The notes under the pieces are model-generated. The model was not told where the DNA came from. It did no database searches and saw only the letters and a program-made list of their open reading frames with translations. A stretch of DNA of 64,000 bases from Botryllus schlosseri. Taxonomy: Eukaryota. Shown in pieces: positions 1 through 13,300 of this stretch. How positions within the stretch are numbered: position 1 is the stretch's first letter; each line of letters starts with the position of its first letter. The stretch is taken from NCBI GenBank assembly GCA_051294905.1, contig CM119376.1, positions 9,672,001 through 9,736,000 of the forward strand, written 5' to 3'. The translations under genes were made by a program, and so were the position numbers.

Positions 1-433
1 CTAATCAATCGAAGAAAATATACAGTCGAAAGATACTATTGATGCAATGGCGGTTACAAACAACTGGTTATTTATATTCGATTAAACTTTGATGTGAAAC
101 GCTCCAAATCAGATTTCATTATTCGCTGATATTTCAAGCTGAGAAGATGACAGGATAATTATAATCTAAGCGAAAAGCAAGTAATGTTATCAGTTAATTC
201 GCTAGCATACTGATAATCATTTAATATATTATATTACATTGCACACATAAGAACAATACACACATCAAATTTGGTTTCACTTTGCTAGCGCGTTGCATAA
301 GACACACATTTCTGCAGAATAGTGACCAATCTAAATTGCTTGTTTGCAAGAAGCATCATGTAAAGTGAAGCATGATTTAAACAAAAATATTGTAAACATG
401 CAATCAGCATAACAATAGTGAGAGAAAAAATAC

Positions 434-1338
434 CATTCTATCTTCCGCAGCACCATAAGATCCAGCAGCACACGCAGAACAAGTATCCACAAATGACCTC
501 CTTTCAGAACCATCGATTTCAAAGTAACCCAACGGACATTTAGTCGGTCTCACTGCCCCAACATCACAATAACTACCGTCCGGACAGGGGGTAGGACTAG
601 GCGATCGTTCCGGGCAGTAATATCCGGCAGGGCACTCGACCTTATCTTTAGTCTCATTACAATAAAAACCAGCCTCGCACCATTGATACGTAGCTGAACC
701 TGCCGGGCAGAACATGCCTGAATCGCAAACTTGCCCAGTAATAGCTGAATCGGTACAGTTATAACACACGGTCGTAGAATTGGGGCAGTAATATCCGGCG
801 GGGCATTCATAGCATTCGCCGAGTGACCCGGCACCTACGTCGCTTCTGTAAGTCCCAGGGGGACACGGGACTGGTTCCAGGACCGATGTTTCATTCGGAG
901 TCCCGCCAGTGCCAAGCGGACAGTAGTGTCCAACTGGACATGGATACAGAGTCGGGTCAACAGTGCCTTCTTCTGAGCACCAGTATCCCGGAGTGCATGG
1001 GTCACAATCGCCAACACTAGTGGCCCTTGTGATATTAGAATAAGTACCAACTGGACATGGCGTCATCGCGGTGCTGGCGGGGCAGTAGTGTCCCGCCTCA
1101 CATTCAAGGGGTATAGTAGAATTGAGGCAGGTGTAACCGGCGGGGCATGTGGTGCAGTTGTTTACAGAGCTTGCCCCAGTGTTGCTAATCACGAGATCGT
1201 CGGGGCAGGTAAGTGGGTCGATGGTTCCTTCGAGGCAGTAGTATCCGAACGGGCAGGGACCCCCCACTTCTGGGGATGTCCCGTCTGGAGTCGGGGTGGG
1301 GCTGCCGCTGATGCAGTGATACCCGGCCGCGCATGGGG
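434..1338 (-). CDS. exon 64 (gene continues left of window)
   Basis: PCAAGYHCISGSPTP...AEDRM; donor GTATTT at 433. Confidence 0.85.
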
Positions 1339-4300
1339 CTGCGAAATAAGGACACGGATGAATTACATATGGTCGAAGTAAACAATGATGATGTTTGAGT
1401 ACAACTAGTAAAAACGCTGGATATTTCTACTCAATGATAAGTAGAAGTCAGTATTCTAGGAATAGTTTTACCTAAAAAACTGAAAACTGTCTAAAAAAAA
1501 TAACCACATCAGTATGCAGCGTAAGTAGGCTACACGTAGTTGAGCACTTCTGAACAGTAGAAATACATTTGGCAATCAATTTAAAACGTTTGAACATTAT
1601 GAAGAGCAGATAATTTACAATGAACGATATGGTTTGAGAATAATAAGTGCACATTTCCATAACATACCTTTGACCCTTGTACTACAGCTTGTAATTCATT
1701 ATATCATAACTTCCACAACGCAATCCTAAGTGCACAATACAATTACTTGATATTGTTAATTTATTCACTAAAAGCTCTTCGACTGACTCTCATCAGCAGC
1801 TTTTAGTGAATATATTATATATATTATTATATAATATATCATATGTTAATATTATCTATTCAGTCAATATATATTGAGTTATTGGTTCATGTAATTTTCT
1901 AAAGTTCTGTATCCTGAATTGTGGATTCAATCTAATAATTATGCTTACCTGTCATAACACCATTCGTGCAATAAGATCCAGTAATGCACGGGCTGCAATC
2001 GTCGGGCGCTTGCAGTCCAGTCCCGTTACCGTAAAATCCATTTTTGCAAGATATAGGATAGGGCGATCCGGCGGGGCAGTAATTTCCAGCTGGACAATCC
2101 ACCGGGGTGGACGAATTGCTTGGGCAAAAGTGTCCAATTTCGCACGGTAAACACACGGTTTCTTTCACGTTGGGTTGGTACGTCCCGGCATCACATGGAC
2201 TTGGATCTGCGGTGCCATTGCCGCAAGAGCTTCCGGCAGGGCACTGATACCCGGTAGGCTGCGGACTGGTTATCTTTGCGTTGTCGGGGCAATAATACCC
2301 TTCCAAACAGTCACCATTTGGAGTCGAGCGCCCCGGTTCACTGCAGTATCGTCCCGGTGGGCATGGGCTACAATCATCTTCTGACGCGGCACCAACCACT
2401 GATCGTATAGTGCCTATTGGACACTCGACTGGACTTGGCGTTCCTAAATTAATGAAAAAATACTTATCTACCAAAAGAGAAAGAGAACAGATACACAGGG
2501 CTTATAGTAGTATATATGTACCTTTACTCAGGTAGGCCTACTACTATTGCAGTACTAAATAGAATGGTAAACATTATGTCAGAGAATAGTCAAGAATGAT
2601 CTATTCACTCCAATAGGCAGATATGTCATATGGACACAAACTGAGGTAGGGAATACGGAATGAATCTCTTGAAAAAGTGTGCATGAAGGAAAAAGGTAAT
2701 ATTATGGTATTATTCCAGAATGCAATAACCATCATGCATTTAGTCTTGAACGAGGACATTGTACAAGTGTAGGACATCTTCAATCGTACTCTTATACCTC
2801 GAAGGAAAAAGTTTTCCACAACGTCCAAGTATTTTTTTACATGTATATCAAAAATATATCTATACATAAGCACGAATCATAATATGTTGTCATACCTTGA
2901 GGGCAATAGTGTCCCACAGGGCAGGGTCCGTTTACGCCGTCATCGGCAGGGCTCGTAGAGGTAGAGTTTGCGTTGCATATATACCCAGCTGTGCACAAAT
3001 AACTTGACGGATCCGTAAGTCCCGGAAGATCGCAGTATCTTAAAAGTAAAATTAACTTCAGGTTTACTTTACTACTGGAATACGTAAAAAATTGAATAGA
3101 GTTCATTATAAACAACCTAATTCACGACTGTTTCAATAGTATCATTCGTGTCAGAGATACATGAGTTGTTTACTAGTGCAAAATGTCAACTATAAATGAA
3201 CACCAACAATAAATCAACCTTTTCTGATGGTACCAACATGAATATAACTCGAAAAACAATTGAATTCTGTTCAAATACACACTTACGGCAGTTTTTTTCC
3301 TCATAAAATTGCAGCATATAATATTTTTGGGACTAGTTAAGTCGTATCGTTACATACTTAGCCAAGCAACCGAAGTTGGTAACGAAAAGAATTTAGATAA
3401 AAGTCACATTTGCAGAGCACTAATGAACATGGGCATCAGTTTTCAGCGAAATTTAAACATTACTCGAAAGTAAATACCAAATTGAACCCACCTGCCCGCT
3501 GGACATCCCAAACATTCTGCAGCACTTTTCAAGCCAGTAAGATTAGAGTAGGTGCCAATCAGACAGTCGCTGGTAAAAGAAACCCTTTCCAAACAATATT
3601 TCCCTTCTGGACAAATCACAAAATCTGTCATTTGCACGTCAGGACAGTACGTTCCAGCTTCACAATCCCAGCAGGCATCTTGTCCAGGTAACGGCTGGTA
3701 CGTGCCCGGGTCACATTGAATTTCGACTGGCACACCGCCAGGGCACCGATGCCCGGGCGGGCATTCATAACCCGTGATATTGTCCACGGGGTTTGGAACG
3801 TAAGCACCACCAGAACATACATACCCTGGGTCGCATGGTAATTTTTCCCCAGTGGAAGTAGAGTTTTGAGGGCAATAAAATCCAGGGTCGCACGAATCAC
3901 AATCACTTTCTTGGACATTATTTTCTGAAGCCAAAGTAGTACCGGCCCGGCATGGTGTCGGAAAGGCGCTACCTTCAACACAATAAGTCCCTTGGGGGCA
4001 TGAGTGTTGGGTCGCATTCATTGCCCCGCCGTCACAATAATATCCGGGTAAACACAAGCTATTACCCCCTGTGCCTTCCGTGTTTCCAAATCCAGCGCAG
4101 TAGTATTTAGGGTGGCAGGATAAGCACTCGGACTGAGTGGACCGTCCGGTTTGGTTATTATAAGTGCCCGGGGGGCAAAGTTCGCCGTTATCAATGCCTG
4201 TTTCGATGGGGCAATATGACCCTTCTGGACACAATGTGGGTGTAACCACCGCAACAGAAGGCGGGCAGTAATATCCCTCGGGACAAGACTGACACGATGC

Positions 4301-7300
4301 CTGTCCAGTCAAATTTTGGAAAAATCCTGCATAACAAGGTAATGGTTGTGATGACCCGGCGGGGCAGTGGTATCCCTGCCAGCATTCCCGTGTTGCGTTT
4401 GCGGGGGCTGTGTTTCCTCCAGGGCAGAAGTAGCCAGGGTCGCAATCGTTTGTGACCGAGTCGCGTCCTTCCGACGCGCAGAAGCTGCCGCCCGTGCAGT
4501 CGCTGCACAGTGACCGGGACGCCAGTCCGGGGCTTGACCCGAACGTGCCAGCCGGGCATGCTACTGGGACAGGAGTGGCTTGTTCGCAGTAAAATCCCTG
4601 AAAAGAAGTAAAAATCGATTAACCGTACTGAAATTATACGTTTACCACTAAGACTTAATTTATCGACGAAAATTATGCTTTCGACAGTATTTTCACCCAT
4701 GGAAGCCTTGAAACCTCGATTTCCTGTATCACAGCATTACAAAATATGTAGTTCAAAGCTACACACATTCGTGAAATAACATATCTGTGTATCTTGATCA
4801 ATGAAAAAGGCGAAAAATTACGAATTATCTCTAACGTATATTAGAACTGGCATTTTCTTCTTTCTGGTTGCATAAAAGATACATATTTAAACCTTCTGCA
4901 TCCTTCATGCTGTTATGACGTGATAGTGAGTAATAATTGAACAGTCGACTCGACGAAAAGCCTAGTACTTGATTCACAAGCTATCTATGTAACCAAGGGC
5001 CTTCAAGTTATGCTCATGCTCAATTCCAGTAGGAGATGTGTCTTATAGTCATTACAACAACCAATGACTGCATTTTACAATTTCAGAACACTCACCTCAA
5101 ATAATCATGACCCTGATAAACCCAACAAATAAATAAGAAGTGGGACGCTATGTTAAGGACAGAAATTTTAAGCAGGTTAGATAGTGAGTAATAATTGAAC
5201 AGTCGACTCGACGAAAAGCCTAGTACTTGATTCACAAGCTATCTATGTAACCAAGGGCCTTCAAGTTATGCTCATGCTCAATTCCAGTAGGAGATGTGTC
5301 TTATAGTCATTACAACAACCAATGACTGCATTTTACAATTTCAGAACACTCACCTCAAATAATCATGACCCTGATAAACCCAACAAATAAATAAGAAGTG
5401 GGACGCTATGTTAAGGACAGAAATTTTAAGCAGGTTATTTGTGTTTGATGTCAGACAAGTTGGCTGTAGTTGGCAGTAGTAGTAAGTAAAGTTTCTCGCT
5501 ACATTGAATAATGACTAAGGCTCTCTTCAACATAGAAGAACTCTTTGGTCCAGATACTTAGCCATGGCGTGTTTTCAAGTGAGAACCCGAGCTACCTTTT
5601 ATTGGCCTTCTTTATACGTCATCCTACCTCATGAGGGATTACAAGATGGTGCAAAACATTCAGGCACAATTATGGCACACCGCATAATGTAGAAAATGGC
5701 AACAAAAAGTCACATACCACAGGGCAGTCTTCTTGATTGGACACGATCGAGCCATTGGGACAGTAAAACCCAGCCTGGCACGGACCGCTGGTGTCAGAAA
5801 GTTGCGGTCGTTCACAATACCTTCCCGCGGGACATAAAATTTGTTCAGTGGTTCCCTCCGGACAGTAATGTCCGATTTCACAAATTTCTCCGTCCTGAGG
5901 TGTGGTGGCACCGCCGGTACAGTAATAACCTCCTTCACATTCATAAGGTTCTGGGTCCACAGTGCCCCGGGTGCTACAGTATCGTCCCCGAGGACATGGC
6001 AGGCAGTCGCTCAGATCTCCGCGTGTTGTCAGGTTGTTGTAGGTCCCGACGGGGCAAGAATACTGTGTGTCATATGTCGTACCGTTTGGACAGTAGTGAC
6101 CTATTTGAGCAAAATGCTTTGTCAATAATAATTACGGACAATGTTTCATTTGTAGAGGCTTCTAGTCTAGAACTACAGGAATTCAATATCACAATAAAAT
6201 ATGTTCATATAGCCGAGTTTCGACTGAGTTCCTTGTTGCTAATGCATCACTTGAAAACTATAGATATAATACTTATAAATACTCTATAGCAAGACCGAGA
6301 AATAGACTATATCATGTGAACAACTGTAACATAAACGATATTCATATACTGAAATATCAATTTTTTTAAATTTCAGATTGGAATAATACTATAAACTTTA
6401 AAATTACTGATTAGAAGTAAATTGACTACATCAGTCGAAAAAACAGAAATACACATGTCTGTCAATCCAACTAATATCGGGTTACAATTTCTAAATCGCA
6501 CTCACCTATGGGACAGGGGTTTGCCGTAAAGTTGACGGTGCTGGTCAGACAATAATATCCGGCTGGGCATACAAAACACGCTGAGGCTCCATACTCGTCC
6601 ATGTAGAATCCAGGATCGCAAGGCTGAGAAACGATTCCAGGGCCATTAAATTCAGAAGACAGAAAAGATAAGAAGCAGCCAATGATGCCACTCGAGCCGA
6701 TGTGGGAATAGTCTTGTAGGTTGGTAATAGCCTTGCATGTTTTTTTCTGAATTGGCACTAGTTACTCAATACTATTCCACTACTCAGACTTTACTTCAGC
6801 AGTTTTTGAAGCTTAACTACACACTTTTCAAGATTTCTATTTGTTCGGAGCAAAATAGGGTTTGGTTAAGTTTTTGTGGTCGAAACAATCTACAGTCATT
6901 AAAGCCGAGGGCAAGTTTTTGCAGCTTTTGCAACTTTTTTTTACAGCTTCCGGCAGCTTCCTAAATACTCGTAAGATATGTAGAATGCTGTTTTAAGCTG
7001 TTTGAAGGAATCTTATAGTGCAACTTTTTGCAACTTTTGTCCATTTTTTCCATGCAACTTTTTGCAGCTTTCTTGATTTTTCATGATAGTATTTTCGATT
7101 TTGGTGAAATACACGGCCAAATTCGACTGAAACACCGTAAATCAGCACCAAAGTAACGCTTTTACGGGTATTTCGGGAGCCGAGCCGGAAAATTGACCTT
7201 TTTTTAGTCAACCGAGCAAAATGTGGTCAAAATGCAGCTTCTGCAACTTTTCAACTTTTTTCAAAAATAAATGCAACTTTCTACGGATTGAACGACAACA

Positions 7301-10300
7301 AAAACTTGCCCTAATCAAGACGATAGAATATGCCAATGGCATTTTGTCCAGTATTTTTGCGCCACAAGTCATATAGCGATTGTCATCAGTTGTGTCTTGG
7401 ATTCTGTGAAAATTGATGCCGGCTGTAGCTACAGCTAATTACATGGCACCTTTCAAATCTCCAAGTATCTAAATATAGCGATTACTTTCAATTCTAATAG
7501 GCATTTTTTAGGGGGAAAAACTTACTTTTCATAATTTGAACATCTTGATTATTATAAATTCCATGCATGTGACGTCATATTTGGTGATATGATTGTTGAT
7601 ATATGGCGTTCTTTCCAATTCGCTACTTCTACTTCTAATTGAGTAGGAATTCACGACGTTTCTTCTGCTTCTAATTAAACAGAAACGTTGACTACTCCAC
7701 CACCTCCGACTCCTTCCTAGGTGGGCTAAAGCTATATCAATTTCAGGAAAAGAAATAATTTCGACTTAACTTACTCGCGCACTGCTGCTACCCGCTTCAC
7801 AATAAAATCCAGGCGGGCATATATTTCCAAGGGAGGGAAACGGCGAGCCAAACGTTATATTACAAACGCCGTCTTCAGTGACAGGCTGCGCATTCCACAC
7901 TCCCGACTCGCAATAATAACCAGGGTCGCAATCTCTCGTCACGCTTGTCTTTCCGACACCTTCACAAAATTTTCCACCATCGCAAGGAGTGCATTGTTCT
8001 ACCGATGACAACTCGGTGGCGGTAGAGTACGTGCCTTGGGGACACGGTTGTTGGTTAGGTCCTGTTGAAATGGATGACAATACTAAGTTAGTGCGCAAAA
8101 TGACAAAGTCGCAGCATCTAAATTCCAGATAGTGATAAAACGTTTGTGTCATTTCTGCGCAATATCAATGTTTAACATCAGGCAGGGTTCTGTATGTGGC
8201 TTGACAACATTGAGGGCCGCCCGGGTAGAAGACACTTATTGTCACCACTACGCTAACTCCCTCGCCAAATCGAGTGGAGCATTTGACTATCACTGATCTC
8301 ATCACCATAACAGTATGGATGATGTAGAAAGGTAAAATATGTACCTTATATGATACTGCAACAAAATTTAGCCAGTTCTGCACCACATTCAATATAATTT
8401 GGTATTTATTTGGACATGCCTATCTACGTCATTGCACTTTCTGGAAATTTTGCTTGTATATCACGTCTTTATAGGAAAGTCATTTCCACTAACGTGCATG
8501 GATTAATACCGCATGATTTGGGTGCTTTGATACCACTATTCCAGGTTTCAAGGCTCCCAGGATGGGGAAAAAGTATAAAAACTTTAATTCTCATTGATGA
8601 TAAAACAATAAAATTTTTGGTGGAAAGTGGGGCACTTGCTGAAAATCGTCACTTGCTACTTGACTCGAGTCATTACAATTAAGACTAGATTATGTTTCAG
8701 CTACCGTACTGGAATCGCTGTGACTGGCCATGTGGCCAAGCAATATCCGATACTGTGACAAAATGACTGGGAGTCGATGATTATCTTGGCACCACGTATG
8801 AAAGACGGTAGAAATAGAACAGTCAAGAAATTGCCCAAATCTCTACTCTTTTATATACAAATAGAAGGGAAATCATGCTTGATAGCGCCGTGTTGAAAGA
8901 CTTTGATAGAATAAGCGACTGATTAATCGAAAAGAGCGTCTTGTATTATCATCGTCACACACCAGTTCAAGGTAACAGAATACAAATTGAAGATTGGAAC
9001 CTAAATTCAGGGATGCATTTCTGCAAATCGAGACAACCTACAAAACCAGTAAATCACAACGAACGAATATTTTCCTGAAAATACATACCAGTCCCGTTAG
9101 GACAAAAATATCCGGCAGCGCACGGCGTTTTCACAGAGTCGGAATCGCCCGGGATAACATCGGACGACAAACAGTAAAATCCTTCCGGGCATAGTTCGCA
9201 AGATGCCATTTGCTGCGTCGGCGCGTAGAAGCCGTCTTTGCAAACTCTGGGATCGGTAGACTGACCAGGGCAGTAAGTGCCTATCGGACATGTTACCTCC
9301 GTGGCAGACGAGCTTCCCGACGGACAATAAAAACCTGTGTGCGGAAAATAGTGCTCAAAATCACACTCGATCGCCAAATTTTGCATTAGTCAATCTGTTC
9401 ACTTGAAAACAGTGAATAGTTGACTATTAATTACTAATTTTCCGGGCAGCAAACAGCACTTATTCAAAGGCATCTGCACTGTGAATATGATATTATCTGA
9501 TAATCTGATTGAGTTCTTGATCGCCTTAAGTGTAGAAGCAAAGTAATTGATACACAGTGTTGGCAATGTTTACATTTCTCATACCATGTCTGTTTGGAAC
9601 ACCAATTTATTTGAGAAGCAAATTTTGATGAAGATTTTCCTTATAAAAATGAAGAATTTGACATCTTCAAAGCAAGCGTTCTGGCTTTGTAAACGGGCAC
9701 AGTAGAAGGTATGGGTTAAAAAACAACGCTTCGGTAATACAGGTAGACAATCTACTTGATCATTAAAAAAATAATTACTATTGTTGTTGTGCAGGCTACC
9801 AATTAAAAATAGTACATTGATCTTAAGCGCTCTCTTCGCCTCGATATTGTGATACGATTGTTGATAAACAATGTTTTTTTCCAATTCTCTACTAGTTGCT
9901 AATGATTACCCCTGACGAGTGTCAGTCGAAAATATTCGGGTTCATTTCAATATGAATATATTAATCAATTGTGTATTGAATTTCCGTACCTCTAAGATGC
10001 TGCATTATTGCAATTACTTATGTCATGGTGTTGGTCTTGTTATTGAGACACTTGCCTGGCCACGAGATGATAAACTAGGTCACACACTACCTATCGTGGT
10101 TTACAAGGTTTTTTAGATCAGCCGACGAAGAGCATAATACTTCTGTGCCAACCAATCATCCAAGTGTAACTGTTTGATGCTGGTGTGATCAGACTAGTAG
10201 ACCCTCAAGGTCGTGCCAGTCATTCCTATCCAATACCGAATACTGTGCATGCATATTTTCTGTACCACCATTATTGCCGTCTGTTGTTATGTATTTTGAT

Positions 10301-13300
10301 CGGATGAAAATAAAGACTCTCTCTCTCTCTCTCAATGGAATTGTATAATCAGTACCTTCCAGACAAGCGCCGGTGACGTTAGTCAGACCTCTGTCTTCGC
10401 AGTAAAACCCTGCCGTGCAATTCAAGCATTGGCTCGCCAAGCTCAGGCCGGCGGCGTTGGAAAAAGTTGATACTGGACATGGCCGAGGAGTGCCAGTACC
10501 GCCGGGGCAGTACGATCCAGGGTCACATTCGATCTGCATTTAAAGCAAAGAGAAAAATTAAATATGCCATCGGCACGGTTGCATATATATATGTAAATTA
10601 GCATGAGATGAATTATAAAAATAGGAATCTCACCTAACTGAATAAAATTCCTATTTGCAGCAGGCATAATTTTCAAGATTGAGTTTTTTCCCAAAAATAC
10701 AAAACTTCACTTGCTATCATTAAACATAATTTTAAATAAAAATAAAACTCTGAAAGTGAAAGTCCGCATGGTGCTCATGTAATCACGTTTATAGTAATAA
10801 AATGTAGATTTGGTTTAGGTGTTACAAACTTCTAGTACTTATCAAATTTGACTACCGTTGACATTGAAAGAAGTTTCATTGTGGAAGACACAAAATTACT
10901 AATGACATCATAAATGGCTATCCAAAAATGACTTTCCACTTTAGTACTAGTATTTTCTCATAAAAATATAACAATAAAAAAAGATGGTGTCATATCGCCA
11001 GCAATGCATACCATTTTGAAACAATGTTATAGACACTATACCTCTTCCGCACTGGAAGACCCGACCGGGCAGTAGAATCCAGGACTGCAAGGCCCGACGT
11101 AGGACGTAAGATTGGTCGAATCGCAAAAGTATCCCGCCGTACACTGGGTGCATTCGGTTTCGTTCATCAAACCAAACGCGGAGCTAAATTTGAGTATTAA
11201 TATTAATTGCTAGCGTCGTACGGTATTTCATATTTTAGGAGTAGCTATTGCCTATAAATTACATGTGCTGTAAAAGTTTTTAAACAAAAATTACCATAGA
11301 GTTATGAAATTGTTGGAGTCAGACAAAGTTTTTGGATGGGCCTGAGTTATTTTATGAGTAAAGGCATTTGTACTTTTCGATGTCATAATAGGCAGTGCCA
11401 TCTGTTCTCATGCAAAAATGTTGTATTTTATGTGGTTCCGAACCATTGCCGCCAAATATGATGGTATATTTTATTATGAATACACTCGTGAATAATGCAT
11501 TCTAGTTTTTCATAGGCACCAAGTAAAATAATTCCCAACAAGGCTTCTAGGTACGGGGGTAAATTGCCAAAATTCATTCGCTTGCAACATTTTGAAAGAT
11601 CCTAATCAGGGCTTGTATGAACATTGAACATACCTGAATGTTCCTATCGGGCACCCCATCGGTTCAGCAGTGCCTTCCGGACAATAAAACCCTGGAGGGC
11701 ACTCGTTGGCTAGTTCTGCAGCAAGATTTGGAGTTGTCGAGTCTGAAGATGACCTTGAAAACAGCAGACAATCTCTTAATATCGATCTGCAACTGTTTAA
11801 AACCCACTAATATCTTACCTGCAATAATACCCTGCGCTGCACTTGGTGGTAGGGTAGTCCAAGCCTTCCGTGTCACAAGCAAAAGTGGCAAGACACTGTA
11901 AACAGTCGTCTTCCGATTGTAATCCAGTACCGTTAAAATATGTGCCTGAACGTGAAATTATGTGTGCATATTAGAAATAAGCCTTGCCACTGAATAAATA
12001 AAAATTACCTTTTGGACACCTAAACTCTTCCGCATATCTAGTTCCATTAGGACAGTAATGACCTTCTGGACACAAAACCGCACATGAACTGGTTACCGGG
12101 CCAAACGTGGCGTTACACACGCAACCAGCCGGGCATAATTTACACTCAGACTGGGCTTCTTCGTCCTGATAGTACCCGGAATCGCAAGGAGTAGGCAGGT
12201 CCGACCCCACTGGGCAGGCGTAGCCCGCCGGGCATGCATTTTCAGGCGGGTCCGCTTGTATATTACTGCCCGGGCAGTAATACCCAGCCGCGCAAAGCCC
12301 GGCCGTGTCCAACGCGGCAGTTGTGTTACAAAACATCCTAGCCGAACAGTTATTACATTCCGACTCGGAGCGCAGTCCAAGTGTATTGCTGTAAGTTCCG
12401 ATGGGGCATGGGGTTATTGAGTCAGTCCCTTTGGTGCAGAAATTTCCTTCAGGGCATGGGTAACCAGTCGGGTCACTACCGTCAGGCTGTGGTCGAGTGG
12501 CATTCATGACGCAATAATATCCAGCGGCGCATTCACCTTCTGGGGCAGGCAATTTGCTGTTTTGGCAATACCACCCGACTGGGCATGAATATGGTGAGCT
12601 AGCCCCGGACGGGCAGTAAAATCCAGGTTGACATTCGCCACCCATCGACGGGTTTGAAGGCATGGGCACATCACTGCCCGAAACACAGTAATACCCTTCC
12701 GAGCAGTTACCATCTGTGGACGACATTCCGCTTGTGGTACAGTATTCTCCCGGTAAGCATAGTTCGCAGAAATCTTCCGATTCAGATTGTATATTAGGGT
12801 TGAAATACCCAGGTCGACAAGGGTACTTTTCCCCGATTTCAGTCCCGGCGGGGCAGTAATGACCGCTCGGACACGGCTTGTCCGAATAAGTTTCGCTTTG
12901 AGGCGGACAATAAAATCCGGCCTTACAAACTTTACACTCGGACAGGCCCTGTTCGTCAGCATAAGTTCCATTTTCGCAAGGCACTGGTGATGTTGACCCC
13001 CCGCGACAGTAGAAGCCCCTCGGGCATATCCCGCCCCAGCCGGTGTTTTGATTTGCGGAACAAGTGCAGTTTTCTCCGGACGTGGTCCCGTTGGCGGGGG
13101 CCCTAATGTTGACCCCGACAGTGCAAAAGTAACCTGTTAATCGAAATTGGGAATTAATTGCCATACGGTTTTGTAGCACACGGATGTCATCTGAAAGGGA
13201 TTACTTCTACTCTTTTGTATTGGACGATGTGTTTTGCTTAACAATGTATTAGCCAGGAGCTTTTCTGACTTAACTAGACCTCATTTGTCTCAGTGTTTCA

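Noticed and set aside
1-433. Further exon or 3' end of the gene
   Set aside because: No Cys-repeat frame, acceptor plus stop, or clear polyA context seen; treated as intron running off the window.
4922-5437. CRISPR-like or other spacer array
   Set aside because: Eukaryotic intron with only two long identical units and no repeat-spacer structure.
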